DNA of 64,000 nt from the IMG/VR virus record IMGVR_UViG_3300050821_018098; one strand, written 5' to 3'. The position numbers and the translations under genes were made by a program. This DNA comes from a virus (taxonomy: Duplodnaviria; Heunggongvirae; Uroviricota; Caudoviricetes). Under the pieces are notes generated by a model. The model was not told the origin of the DNA and searched no databases. It was given only the letters and a program-made list of their open reading frames with translations. Shown here piece after piece: positions 10,374 to 19,081 of the stretch. The number at the start of each line of letters is the position of its first letter. Within the stretch, counting starts at the first letter, position 1.

Positions 10374-10400
10374 AACCAGTCCTAAATGACTGGTTTTTTT
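10374..10400 (+). terminator. rho-independent terminator
   Basis: aaccagt-cctaaatg-actggtt followed by a T7 run. Confidence 0.7.
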
Positions 10401-10449
10401 ATGTAAACTTTTTATAGTTTATAGAATATAACAATCAAATAAAACCATT

Positions 10450-11190
10450 ATGAATTTAACTAAACCAACAATTGACTGGTATCAGAAATTGAATCAATTT
10501 AAAAATGATGAATTCAAATTTTTTGAAGCTGAACATGAATACAAATATAAAGGAAAGAAATTTGAAAGTGTAACAACCTTTATAAGTCAATTTCATGAGA
10601 AGTTTGATTCTGATTATTGGAGTCAGATTAAAGCAGAAGAGCGTGGTATCACACAACAAGAAATATTGGCTGAATGGAAAGCTAAAGCTGATAGATCATG
10701 TGATCTTGGTACTATGGTTCATGAGTATGCTGAATACAAATGTGCCGGTAAAGAACCAAAAGAAGTAACTGATGAAGAAGTTAAAAAAAGAATCATAAGT
10801 TTAGAAGAAATATTTGAAACTAAACTGAAGAAGTTTATACCTGTAGCTCAAGAGATAAAAGTATTTTCACCTAAATTAAAACTTGCTGGCACCATAGATG
10901 GTTTATTTGAATATAAACAGAAGTTGGTTGTTGGTGATTATAAAACAAATGAAAAATTTACAACGGATAGTGATAAATGTTATAAAAAGCTTAATCCACC
11001 GTTTCAAAACAGATGGGAAAATAAATTAAATGAATACAGTATACAGGTATCAATGTACCGTCTAATATTAGAAGAATGGGGTATTGAAACTGAGGCAGCA
11101 TTTTTAATACATATTCCACCAGTTGGTAAATCAAATTTCCATATAGCACATGATTTTAGAAATGAATTAAAAATATTCTTTGGTATATAA
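10450..11190 (+). CDS. PD-(D/E)xK nuclease, RecB/lambda-exo/Cas4-like family (no Fe-S Cys cluster)
   Basis: GTIDGLFEY...VVGDYKT (motifs II/III) and QVSMY (QxxxY motif) characteristic of the RecB nuclease family. Confidence 0.5.
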   Translation: MNLTKPTIDWYQKLNQFKNDEFKFFEAEHEYKYKGKKFESVTTFISQFHEKFDSDYWSQIKAEERGITQQEILAEWKAKADRSCDLGTMVHEYAEYKCAGKEPKEVTDEEVKKRIISLEEIFETKLKKFIPVAQEIKVFSPKLKLAGTIDGLFEYKQKLVVGDYKTNEKFTTDSDKCYKKLNPPFQNRWENKLNEYSIQVSMYRLILEEWGIETEAAFLIHIPPVGKSNFHIAHDFRNELKIFFGI

Positions 11191-11197
11191 ATGAAAA

Positions 11198-11237
11198 AAC
11201 CTTCCAAGTGTGCATCATAGAGAGGCATGGAAGGTTT
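11198..11237. terminator. putative bidirectional terminator hairpin between convergent genes
   Basis: aaccttcca...tggaaggtt 9-bp stem with a long loop, flanked by A-run and T-run. Confidence 0.4.
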
Positions 11238-11290
11238 ATTCTAAATGACTCATCAACAGTTCCTATGGTATGTTAGTGAGTACTGTTAAA

Positions 11291-11899
11291 TTACTTCTTA
11301 GCAGAAGGCTTTGGTTTACCAGCAGCTTCAGGAGTTGTAACTTTAGGTGTTACATCAGCTTTTTTATGTTTAGCAGCAGGTTTAGTTTCTGGCAAAGAAA
11401 GTTTACCCTTTTTATCTACTTTAGTAGATTTTTTAGCTTCACTTATACCTTCTGTTTCTTCAGGTTTGGTTTCGTCTGTTTCATCATCAGACATAGTATC
11501 ATCACCAAGACTATCACCCATATCTTCTGTAGAATCAGCAGCATCTGTTGTATCTTCTGCTACTTTTTCACAACAATCAGAAATTTCATCAAGGAATTTT
11601 AACATATCCTCTTTAGTAAACTCATCTTCACTACCTTCTAATTTATCTTTTAAATCAAGAATTTTAGTTTTTATATCAGCTAAAATATCATCAGCATCTA
11701 CTTCATCAGTTTCAGCATCAGTTACATCATCACCAACTTCTTTAGTTTCATCTGAAGTCATAGCATCATCAGCTGGTGCATCAGTCGATGCTGCTGGAGT
11801 TTCTAATTCATCATCAAAAGATTCTTCATTTTCTTGATTTGGTGAATAATTTTCTTTGAACATTTTCCATGTTGGTATTTTCCCGAAAGATTGTTTCAT
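11291..11899 (-). CDS. extremely acidic protein (Asp/Glu/Ser/Thr-rich) with Lys/Pro/Ala-rich basic C-terminal tail
   Basis: 202-aa ORF; body of DDE/TDE runs; C-terminus KKGKLSLPETKPAAKHKKADVTPKVTTPEAAGKPKPSAKK; overlapping plus-strand ORFs are low-complexity mirror frames. Confidence 0.5.
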   Translation of the reverse strand: MKQSFGKIPTWKMFKENYSPNQENEESFDDELETPAASTDAPADDAMTSDETKEVGDDVTDAETDEVDADDILADIKTKILDLKDKLEGSEDEFTKEDMLKFLDEISDCCEKVAEDTTDAADSTEDMGDSLGDDTMSDDETDETKPEETEGISEAKKSTKVDKKGKLSLPETKPAAKHKKADVTPKVTTPEAAGKPKPSAKK

Positions 11900-12052
11900 G
11901 TTTAATTAATTTTATTTTATTTATATATCTACCCAAATAATTCATTTTTTTACTCAGGTCACTTTAGGTAATTATATATCACAAAATAATTTTCTATTTC
12001 CAAAACTATTAACATTCATAGTATATAAAATACAAATATAACTTTAATTAAG

Positions 12053-12718
12053 ATGACGAATTTCGAAAAATTTGCCAAAGGACAAGTAGGCTCATTAGCC
12101 TTACATGATTATGTGAACTATCAAAATAAGATGAAATCTTCTATGTCAGCTTATATTCTTGAAGAAAGAACAGGAAATCTTGCTGTAATGGATATATTTT
12201 CCAGACTTATGATAGACCGAATTATATTTTTAGGTACTGAGATAGATGATATAGTTGCAAATATTGTGAATGCTCAATTGTTATATCTTGACACAGATAA
12301 AGTAAATGAACCAATAAAAATATTTATTAATAGTCCTGGTGGTGAATGTTATAGTGGTCTTGCAATACTAGATTGTATGGATATAGTGAAGTCTCCTGTA
12401 GAAACTGTATGTTTAGGTTTGTCCGCAAGTATGGCTGCTGTTATTTTAGCTCATGGGACCAAAGGTTATAGAAAAGCTACACCAAGAAGCCGAGTGATGA
12501 TTCATCAACCTTCAGGAGGTGCTGGTGGAAACACAACACAAATTTCTATAACGGCTAAAGAATATGAAGAAGTTAAATTCATTTTAGCCGAAACATTAGC
12601 AATTGACACAGGAAAAACTACAGAGGAAATTCTTAATGATTTTGTTTTTGATAAATGGTTAAGTGCTCAAGCAGCTTTGGACTATGGTCTTATTGATAAA
12701 TTAGTTATGAAAAAATAA
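12053..12718 (+). CDS. clpP: ClpP-family serine protease (Clp protease proteolytic subunit-like; candidate prohead protease)
   Basis: GLSASMAAVI (Ser), MIHQPSGG (His), ALDYGLIDKL (Asp) catalytic-triad contexts typical of ClpP/S14. Confidence 0.8.
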   Translation: MTNFEKFAKGQVGSLALHDYVNYQNKMKSSMSAYILEERTGNLAVMDIFSRLMIDRIIFLGTEIDDIVANIVNAQLLYLDTDKVNEPIKIFINSPGGECYSGLAILDCMDIVKSPVETVCLGLSASMAAVILAHGTKGYRKATPRSRVMIHQPSGGAGGNTTQISITAKEYEEVKFILAETLAIDTGKTTEEILNDFVFDKWLSAQAALDYGLIDKLVMKK

Positions 12719-12729
12719 AAAGTAAAACA

Positions 12730-13302
12730 ATGACACTAAATTGGTACGCTGTAAGAATATTAAACAATCAAGAAAATAAAGTAAAAACTTATCTTGATAG
12801 GGAGTTTATTAGAAATATAACCGGAGAATACTTAAATGAAGTATTGATTCCTGTAGAAAGATATTATGAGAAAACTAAAGATGGTAAAAAGAAACTTATA
12901 GAAAAGAAATTATTTTCTGGTTATGTGCTTATTAAAGCTGACTTAAGTAGAGAAATAGTATTGGATACAATTAAAAAAACTCCTGGTATAATTGGGTTTT
13001 TGTCTTATAAAGACAACAATAAATCATCTATACCAACACCTCTAAAAGAAAGAGAAGTTGCTCAATTTTTAGGTAGAGGATCTGATTTAACAGAAGAACA
13101 ATCAACTGATTCTGATTTGTATATCATTGGTGAATCTGTAAGAATAACAGATGGTCCATTTAAAACATTTTTTGGTGAAGTTAAAGAAATTTATGAAGAC
13201 AAGAAGAAAGTAGTAATTGATGTTACTATATTTGGACGTATCACACCAGTCGAAGTTGATTTTAAACAAACAGAAAAAGCCGAACAGAATGTTAAGGTAT
13301 AA
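12730..13302 (+). CDS. nusG: transcription antitermination/elongation factor NusG homolog
   Basis: WYAVRILNNQENKV (NGN), FSGYVLI, and KOW region GESVRITDGPFKTFFGEVKEI...IFGRITPVEVDFKQTEKA closely matching E. coli NusG [21 protein letters not shown]...IFGRATPVELDFSQVEKA. Confidence 0.8.
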   Translation: MTLNWYAVRILNNQENKVKTYLDREFIRNITGEYLNEVLIPVERYYEKTKDGKKKLIEKKLFSGYVLIKADLSREIVLDTIKKTPGIIGFLSYKDNNKSSIPTPLKEREVAQFLGRGSDLTEEQSTDSDLYIIGESVRITDGPFKTFFGEVKEIYEDKKKVVIDVTIFGRITPVEVDFKQTEKAEQNVKV

Positions 13303-13303
13303 A

Positions 13304-13332
13304 AAAAATCCCGGTTAAACCGGGATTTTTTA
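13304..13332 (+). terminator. rho-independent terminator
   Basis: atcccgg-ttaaa-ccgggat followed by tttttt. Confidence 0.8.
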
Positions 13333-13379
13333 TTTAAAATATATTCAAACTAAATAAGATTTAAGGAATATAAATTCAT

Positions 13380-15215
13380 ATGATAAATGATAAAATACAA
13401 GGTACCATAAACCATAAAAATATTGATTTTGCTTTGGTAGAATTTGAAGATGGTGGTTCTCTTAAAGTAAAAAGTAAAAGCCTTAATAAGGCTCTACATG
13501 GAGATCTTGTTGAAATAGGTATAGAAGGTAAAGAATACTTTGTAAGTAAAATAATTCAAAGAAGTATACAACATAAAATTAAAGGACAATTAAAAATAAA
13601 TAAAAATTTAACTTTTTTTGTTCCTCAAGAATCAAATTATTATACAGATTTCTTCATACCAACAAAGTTTTATCTCCAAGGTATGGATGATAAAGATTAT
13701 GTAACAGTTGAATTTTTAAGCTGGGGTGATAAAGATAAGAATCCAACAGCGAAGATTTTAAGTATAGATGGTAACAAATTTACACCAAGGATAGCTACTA
13801 AATTTTTAATCAATGAAATGAATCTTAGGACAGATTTTCCTAATTCTGTTATAGCCCAGGTAGAAAGAATTGAAATTACTGATGATATGTTAATAGGTCG
13901 AAAAGACTTTAGACAACATTTAACTTTTACAATAGATCCAGCAACAGCCAAAGACCATGATGATGCAATATCAATAGAAAAAACAGATAAAGGTTATAGG
14001 GTTGGTATTCATATTGCTGATGTGTCAGCTTTTGTTACACCAGGTACAGCTTTAGATATTGAAGCTTTTGAAAGAGGATGTTCTGTCTACTTAGTGGATG
14101 AACATATACCAATGCTTCCAGAAAAACTATCATCCGATCTATGCAGTCTTATACCAAATGTAGATAGATTATCTTTTTCTGTAATATATGATATAAGTAA
14201 TGAATATAAAATTGAAGGTTACTGGGTTGGAAAAACAATTATTAATTCAAATGAAAATATTTCATATGAAGAGGCCCAAGCAATTTTAGACGATAATGAA
14301 CACAAGTATCATGAAACATTATCTATTTTAAATGATATAGCAGAGTATTTTACTAATACTAGAGAATCTATAGATTTAGAGGCTCCAGAACTCGAATTTA
14401 CACTTGATGAACAAGCATTTCCTATAAAAATAGGTTTGAAAAAAAGACTTGCTACACATAAGTTGATAGAAGCTTTTATGCTTATGGCTAACCAAACTGT
14501 AGCAGAAATACTTAGTAACTATGGTCCAGGTATATACCGAGCACATCCTAAACCAAGCAAACTACAAATATTAGAAATGTATGATTCATTAAAAAAAATG
14601 GGTCTTACTTTAAATTTAAGTGAAGAAGATATAAAGAAAAGTTTGGATGAATTAAAAAGTAATACTCCAGAAGAATTAACTTCTACTGTTCGTGATACTA
14701 TTCTTAGGAGTCTACCAAAAGCCTATTATACTTCAGATGTTGAGGTAGGACACTTTGGTTTAGGGTTTAAATATTACACACATTTCACATCGCCTATAAG
14801 AAGATATCCTGATATCATCGCACATAGATTATTAAATTGTGTAATAGAAAAGAAACAATCTCTTATAACAGATCTTGAATCTAAAGCTGTACTTTTGAGT
14901 AAACGTGAAAAAGTTGCTCAACAAACTGAAAGAGAATCAAGCAGCCAAAAAATGACATTGTTTATGGAGACAATTAATTATCCCATATCAGCTAAAATAG
15001 TAAGTATAAAAGATTGGGGTGTATTTGTGAAGACTGAATTATTATCCGAAGGACTCATACCTATTCATAGTCTGAAAGGTAAATATAAAGATGGTGTAAT
15101 GAAATGCCCCAACTTTACGCTAAAAGTTAATGACTATCTAGTTGTGAAAAAAGAAAGATGTGATTTAAAAAATAGAAGAGTTTATTTCGAACTATTACAA
15201 AAGAAAATTTACTAA
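13380..15215 (+). CDS. RNase II / RNase R family 3'-5' exoribonuclease (RNB domain + C-terminal S1)
   Basis: RNB motifs DDAISIE, GIHIADVSAFV, SVYLVDEHIPMLP, HFGLGFKYYTHFTSPIRRYPDIIAHR; C-terminal S1-like VKIVSIKDWGVFVKT. Confidence 0.8.
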   Translation: MINDKIQGTINHKNIDFALVEFEDGGSLKVKSKSLNKALHGDLVEIGIEGKEYFVSKIIQRSIQHKIKGQLKINKNLTFFVPQESNYYTDFFIPTKFYLQGMDDKDYVTVEFLSWGDKDKNPTAKILSIDGNKFTPRIATKFLINEMNLRTDFPNSVIAQVERIEITDDMLIGRKDFRQHLTFTIDPATAKDHDDAISIEKTDKGYRVGIHIADVSAFVTPGTALDIEAFERGCSVYLVDEHIPMLPEKLSSDLCSLIPNVDRLSFSVIYDISNEYKIEGYWVGKTIINSNENISYEEAQAILDDNEHKYHETLSILNDIAEYFTNTRESIDLEAPELEFTLDEQAFPIKIGLKKRLATHKLIEAFMLMANQTVAEILSNYGPGIYRAHPKPSKLQILEMYDSLKKMGLTLNLSEEDIKKSLDELKSNTPEELTSTVRDTILRSLPKAYYTSDVEVGHFGLGFKYYTHFTSPIRRYPDIIAHRLLNCVIEKKQSLITDLESKAVLLSKREKVAQQTERESSSQKMTLFMETINYPISAKIVSIKDWGVFVKTELLSEGLIPIHSLKGKYKDGVMKCPNFTLKVNDYLVVKKERCDLKNRRVYFELLQKKIY

Positions 15216-15421
15216 TGCAAGATCTAAGAAAAAAAGAAAAATTAAAAAACGTTTACACGGATCACTTACCTAAGATCAATTATAAAAATTTATTAAAGAA
15301 ATCTATATGGATAGGTTCTGTTGTGATATTAGCAGTATTGATTAGTTTTCCCTATCAAATAGGTTATATTATAGGGAAATGGTGGAATTTATTCCTAGTT
15401 GGTTTCAGTGGTACCAACTGA
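15215..15421 (+). CDS. small membrane protein (hypothetical)
   Basis: 68-aa ORF with one hydrophobic helix; start overlaps stop of RNase R-like gene. Confidence 0.3.
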   Translation: MQDLRKKEKLKNVYTDHLPKINYKNLLKKSIWIGSVVILAVLISFPYQIGYIIGKWWNLFLVGFSGTN

Positions 15422-15431
15422 GGTTTTTTTC
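15395..15431 (+). terminator. rho-independent terminator overlapping stop codon
   Basis: cctagttggt-ttcagtggt-accaactgagg followed by ttttttt. Confidence 0.6.
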
Positions 15432-15838
15432 TTATAATAATTTTCAACAGCTGTATTTAAACTATTTGGATTACCAACTTTTAATCTATTTTCTAATTCT
15501 AAAAGGATGCTTCCTAGAAATGTTGTATTAATGTTTGTACCACGTTTACAAGGAACAACCATTTTTTCATCCCTTGCATATATCCATATCTGTTGATCTA
15601 TACCCGGAAATGTATAAAATTGCAATAACCCAGCAGTCCCCATTTTATAACAAAAGCTACCAGTTTCATTTATAAAACGTTCAACAAAACCATCTTTTAT
15701 ATTAATAATAGTTTTATTGTTTTGAGTTTTATCATCAGATACTGCCGTAAATGATTTACCAAGATCAACTTTAAACTCTTTAAAATTACGTTGAAAGGCA
15801 CCTATTATATCTTTACTTGTTACAATATAAATCTCCAT
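15395..15838 (-). CDS. hypothetical protein
   Basis: 147-aa ORF, no recognisable motifs. Confidence 0.3.
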   Translation of the reverse strand: MEIYIVTSKDIIGAFQRNFKEFKVDLGKSFTAVSDDKTQNNKTIINIKDGFVERFINETGSFCYKMGTAGLLQFYTFPGIDQQIWIYARDEKMVVPCKRGTNINTTFLGSILLELENRLKVGNPNSLNTAVENYYKKKTSVGTTETN

Positions 15839-15851
15839 ACAACTATTTATA

Positions 15852-16400
15852 TTAATAAATGTTATCCGTCAAATCTTCTGAATCACCAACCTCTCTGGCT
15901 TCTTTATCACTTTTTGGTTTTTCAAAAATTGTTTTTACAATATCTTTTATTGTTTTTAAAAATAATTTCTCTTTAAGATCTTCTTTGATGTCAATTTTTT
16001 GATCCATTTCTTTTAAAATATTCATATCATTATCATCATAACAATAATAATAAACAGCGATGGTTTTTAAAGCATCTAACTCAGCATCGGGAATATCCAG
16101 TTTATAACAAACTTTCCAAGCGTATATTGCCGTTTCGTTTAAAAAATAAGTAAACCATAGAGTCAAATCACTTTCTGTTTGTTCAATATCTTGAAGTTCA
16201 AAACGAACTTTTCGACCTTTATCATCTTCTTGACCTTTTGACATCCGGCCCCATTTGAACCAATATTTAATTTTAACTTTTAACTCTCTAAAAAAATCCC
16301 GACCAATTACAATATCTTGTTTTTTAATATTTTTATCTTCTCCACTAGTAGCTGGTACTGTCTGTTCTTCAAATTCCTCATATTTTTGTAAATATTTCAT
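15852..16400 (-). CDS. hypothetical protein with CTS-like N-terminal leader (MKYLQKYEEFEEQ); candidate head-packaged internal protein
   Basis: 182-aa ORF; leader shared with 5 other ORFs. Confidence 0.4.
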   Translation of the reverse strand: MKYLQKYEEFEEQTVPATSGEDKNIKKQDIVIGRDFFRELKVKIKYWFKWGRMSKGQEDDKGRKVRFELQDIEQTESDLTLWFTYFLNETAIYAWKVCYKLDIPDAELDALKTIAVYYYCYDDNDMNILKEMDQKIDIKEDLKEKLFLKTIKDIVKTIFEKPKSDKEAREVGDSEDLTDNIY

Positions 16401-16444
16401 CCTAATAAACTAATTCTTTGATGTATATATCAAAAAAATTGTAA

Positions 16445-16702
16445 TTAAATGGATCTTACAAGCATCTTTCCTTCTTCAGAAAGCACATATGTATTAAAAG
16501 TATCATCAATATCTTTAAGTTCTATGAGTTTTGTTGTTTGTAAAAATTGAAAGGTTCTATATTGGATCTGTTCACATAATGGATGAATAGGCTTCATAAG
16601 CTTAATATTGTACAATAATGGCTTCCTAGCAATCACTTTTAAAAGATTTTTTTGAGCCGATGTAAATTTATTTCCATTTTTCATACTAATAATTTTAAAC
16701 AA
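16445..16702 (-). CDS. hypothetical protein
   Basis: 85-aa ORF. Confidence 0.3.
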   Translation of the reverse strand: MFKIISMKNGNKFTSAQKNLLKVIARKPLLYNIKLMKPIHPLCEQIQYRTFQFLQTTKLIELKDIDDTFNTYVLSEEGKMLVRSI

Positions 16703-16744
16703 ATGTAAAAAATATTATACAAGAATAAAAGCATTATTCCATAA

Positions 16745-17857
16745 ATGAATATTACGGATGAATTCAAATTAAGTTTCTTTCAAGGCCCACGAGTAGATAT
16801 TAAGGGTGAAAGTAAAAAAATGTATACTGTCAAGTTCATTAACCCTATCAATGAAACAGTTGTTTTTCAACAAAAAATAGAAATAAACCAATATGCTAGG
16901 GCATATCAGGAATATTTTATACCATGGATTATAAAAATTGATGACCAAGAAGGTAATAATCAGCTTACTTATCAATTTACAACCGAAGGAAAGAGAATAT
17001 TTATAACCTTTGAATCTGGAGCTTTAGGTGATACTATTTGTTGGCTTCCTTATGTCGAAGAATTCAGAAAAAAACACAACTGTACAGTAATTGTATCAAC
17101 TTTCTTTAATTTTCTATTTGAGAAAGAATATCCTGAATTAGAATTTCATGACAGAACAAAACCTATTACTAATATACAAGCCGTTTATAAAATTGGTTGG
17201 TTTGGTTCTGGTGAAGCAACTTTCAGAAATCCTATCGACGTAAGGGAACAACCTTTACAAAAACTTGCTGCTGATATATTGGGGATGGATTATACACCGG
17301 TAAAAACTAAAATTAGTAGAGATACCAGACCTTCTTTATTTAATCAGGGTAAATATGTTGTTATAACTACTTGTAGTACAGCTCAATTTAAATATTGGAA
17401 CAATCCTATTGGATGGCAAACCGTTGTTATGTATTTAAAGAGTATTGGTTACACAGTCATTAATATTGGTAAACACGAAAATAATCTGAGTGGTGTAATT
17501 AATATGACCGGCACAAAACCCATGGAGGATATTATAAACCTTATTCAAAACGCTGATTTCATGATTGGTTTGAGTTCCGGTTTAAATTGGTTGGCATGGG
17601 GGTTAGATGTCCCTAACATTATGATCTCTGGTATGACCATGGACTGGAACGAATATGAAAATCCTTATAGGATCATTAATAAATCAGTTTGTCATGGTTG
17701 TTTTAATAAGAAAGAAGTGACTTTTAATAAGGGAAAATGGGATTTTTGTTTTTTTGAACAAGGTAAACCTGATCAGTTTATATGTACTAAAACTATTACA
17801 CCTGAGACAGTTATAGAAGTAATTGATAAATTACGAAAAGATAAAAATATAATATAA
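16745..17857 (+). CDS. putative glycosyltransferase (GT9/heptosyltransferase-like fold)
   Basis: ITTCSTAQFKYWNNPIGWQTVVMYLKSIGYTVINIG resembles the K(R)WP...L...G..VVL.G region of LPS heptosyltransferases; weak. Confidence 0.35.
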   Translation: MNITDEFKLSFFQGPRVDIKGESKKMYTVKFINPINETVVFQQKIEINQYARAYQEYFIPWIIKIDDQEGNNQLTYQFTTEGKRIFITFESGALGDTICWLPYVEEFRKKHNCTVIVSTFFNFLFEKEYPELEFHDRTKPITNIQAVYKIGWFGSGEATFRNPIDVREQPLQKLAADILGMDYTPVKTKISRDTRPSLFNQGKYVVITTCSTAQFKYWNNPIGWQTVVMYLKSIGYTVINIGKHENNLSGVINMTGTKPMEDIINLIQNADFMIGLSSGLNWLAWGLDVPNIMISGMTMDWNEYENPYRIINKSVCHGCFNKKEVTFNKGKWDFCFFEQGKPDQFICTKTITPETVIEVIDKLRKDKNII

Positions 17858-17860
17858 AAA

Positions 17861-18307
17861 ATGGCCATACTAAATTATACCACCAAAATTGATGCTTTCA
17901 AAACCATATCAGAGATCCAATCGATGTTGGTTAAAAGAGGTGTTAAATCAATTATTGTTGATTATGATGATACTGGTATACCAGTTGGCCTTACCTTCTT
18001 CTTATACATTAATGATTCACCTATCAACTTTAAATTACCGTCTAATTATCCAGGAGTTTTAAGAGTCATGATTAAAGATAAGAAAATACCAAAATCAGCT
18101 TTGACTAAGGAACAGGCAACCAGAGTTTCTTGGAGAATACTAAAAGACTGGATAGAAGCTCAAATGGCTCTTATAGATGCTCAAATAGCTAAACTTGAAC
18201 AAGTATTCCTACCTTATGCGGTAACAGATACCGGTGAAACTTTATTTGATAGAATGCAAAACTCAAATATGATTGAAAATATAACATCACCAAAACTTTT
18301 ACAATAA
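17861..18307 (+). CDS. hypothetical protein
   Basis: 148-aa ORF between two glycosyltransferase-like genes. Confidence 0.3.
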   Translation: MAILNYTTKIDAFKTISEIQSMLVKRGVKSIIVDYDDTGIPVGLTFFLYINDSPINFKLPSNYPGVLRVMIKDKKIPKSALTKEQATRVSWRILKDWIEAQMALIDAQIAKLEQVFLPYAVTDTGETLFDRMQNSNMIENITSPKLLQ

Positions 18308-18308
18308 T

Positions 18309-19004
18309 ATGAAAATAAGAATTGATGTTCCCTGTTATAACAGAAAAGAAATAACAGAATTGTGTTTGAAACAAATGTTTGAAACAAAAGGATCTAATGG
18401 TTTTATCAGAACCTATAATGATCACAGCGAAGATTACGACAATGATTTTCTTGAACCTTATTCAGATGCTGGCGTTATTAGACTACTCCAGAAAACTAAT
18501 ATTCATTCTATTAGAAGCCACGGGTTTCGCTCCTTTTTGGAAAATGATGAATATGATTTTCTTTATATGACTGATAATGATGCTTTTGTTGATCCTAATT
18601 GGTTAAATCGACTTTTAGAAATGTATAAACTTACAGGGTTACCTTGTAGTATATTTCATTCTAAATATGTCCCACAATCCATTGCTTATGCAAAAGATGC
18701 CGATATTTTAATAAAACCTGGGTTCACTGGTATAAGCGAATTCTTTCATAGAACACATGTTGAAAAAATTGTTAATTATTTAAATATACATGGTGATTTT
18801 CAGGATATGTGGGATTGTGTTATATGGGGTATACTCGGGCATAGATTTGCTGTATCAGGAACTTCTTATACAGAACACCTTGGTGTAGATGGTATGCATC
18901 ATAAAACATGGGACTCTGAAAAATCACTTAATCCAACATTATATCTTAAGGAAAAATGGGATGAAATTGTACCACAATTAGATGCTATTTTAAAAAATAA
19001 ATAA
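18309..19004 (+). CDS. putative GT-A fold glycosyltransferase
   Basis: N-terminal VPCYNRKEITELCLKQM resembles GT2 IPTYNR...L..CL motif; DND acidic motif; weak. Confidence 0.3.
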   Translation: MKIRIDVPCYNRKEITELCLKQMFETKGSNGFIRTYNDHSEDYDNDFLEPYSDAGVIRLLQKTNIHSIRSHGFRSFLENDEYDFLYMTDNDAFVDPNWLNRLLEMYKLTGLPCSIFHSKYVPQSIAYAKDADILIKPGFTGISEFFHRTHVEKIVNYLNIHGDFQDMWDCVIWGILGHRFAVSGTSYTEHLGVDGMHHKTWDSEKSLNPTLYLKEKWDEIVPQLDAILKNK

Positions 19005-19081
19005 AAAAATTTGCAAAATATTTTCATATAACAAATCTTTAACCTATTTTTGTATCACGTTTCAATTTATAATAGATAAAC

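Noticed and set aside
11270-11837. Plus-strand ORFs 11270..11602 and 11466..11837 (Ser/Phe-rich)
   Set aside because: They are mirror frames of the acidic minus-strand gene 11291..11899. The same applies to the minus-strand ORF 41041..41322 (Ser-rich) opposite the poly-acidic gene at 41045.
9690-12052. Bacteroidetes-type promoter consensus (TTTG ... TAnnTTTG) and a Bacteroidetes host assignment
   Set aside because: I found no convincing TAnnTTTG boxes upstream of genes. The NusG is canonical rather than UpxY-like. Repeat similarity to GTTGTG...ACAAC families is only suggestive, so the host is left unassigned.
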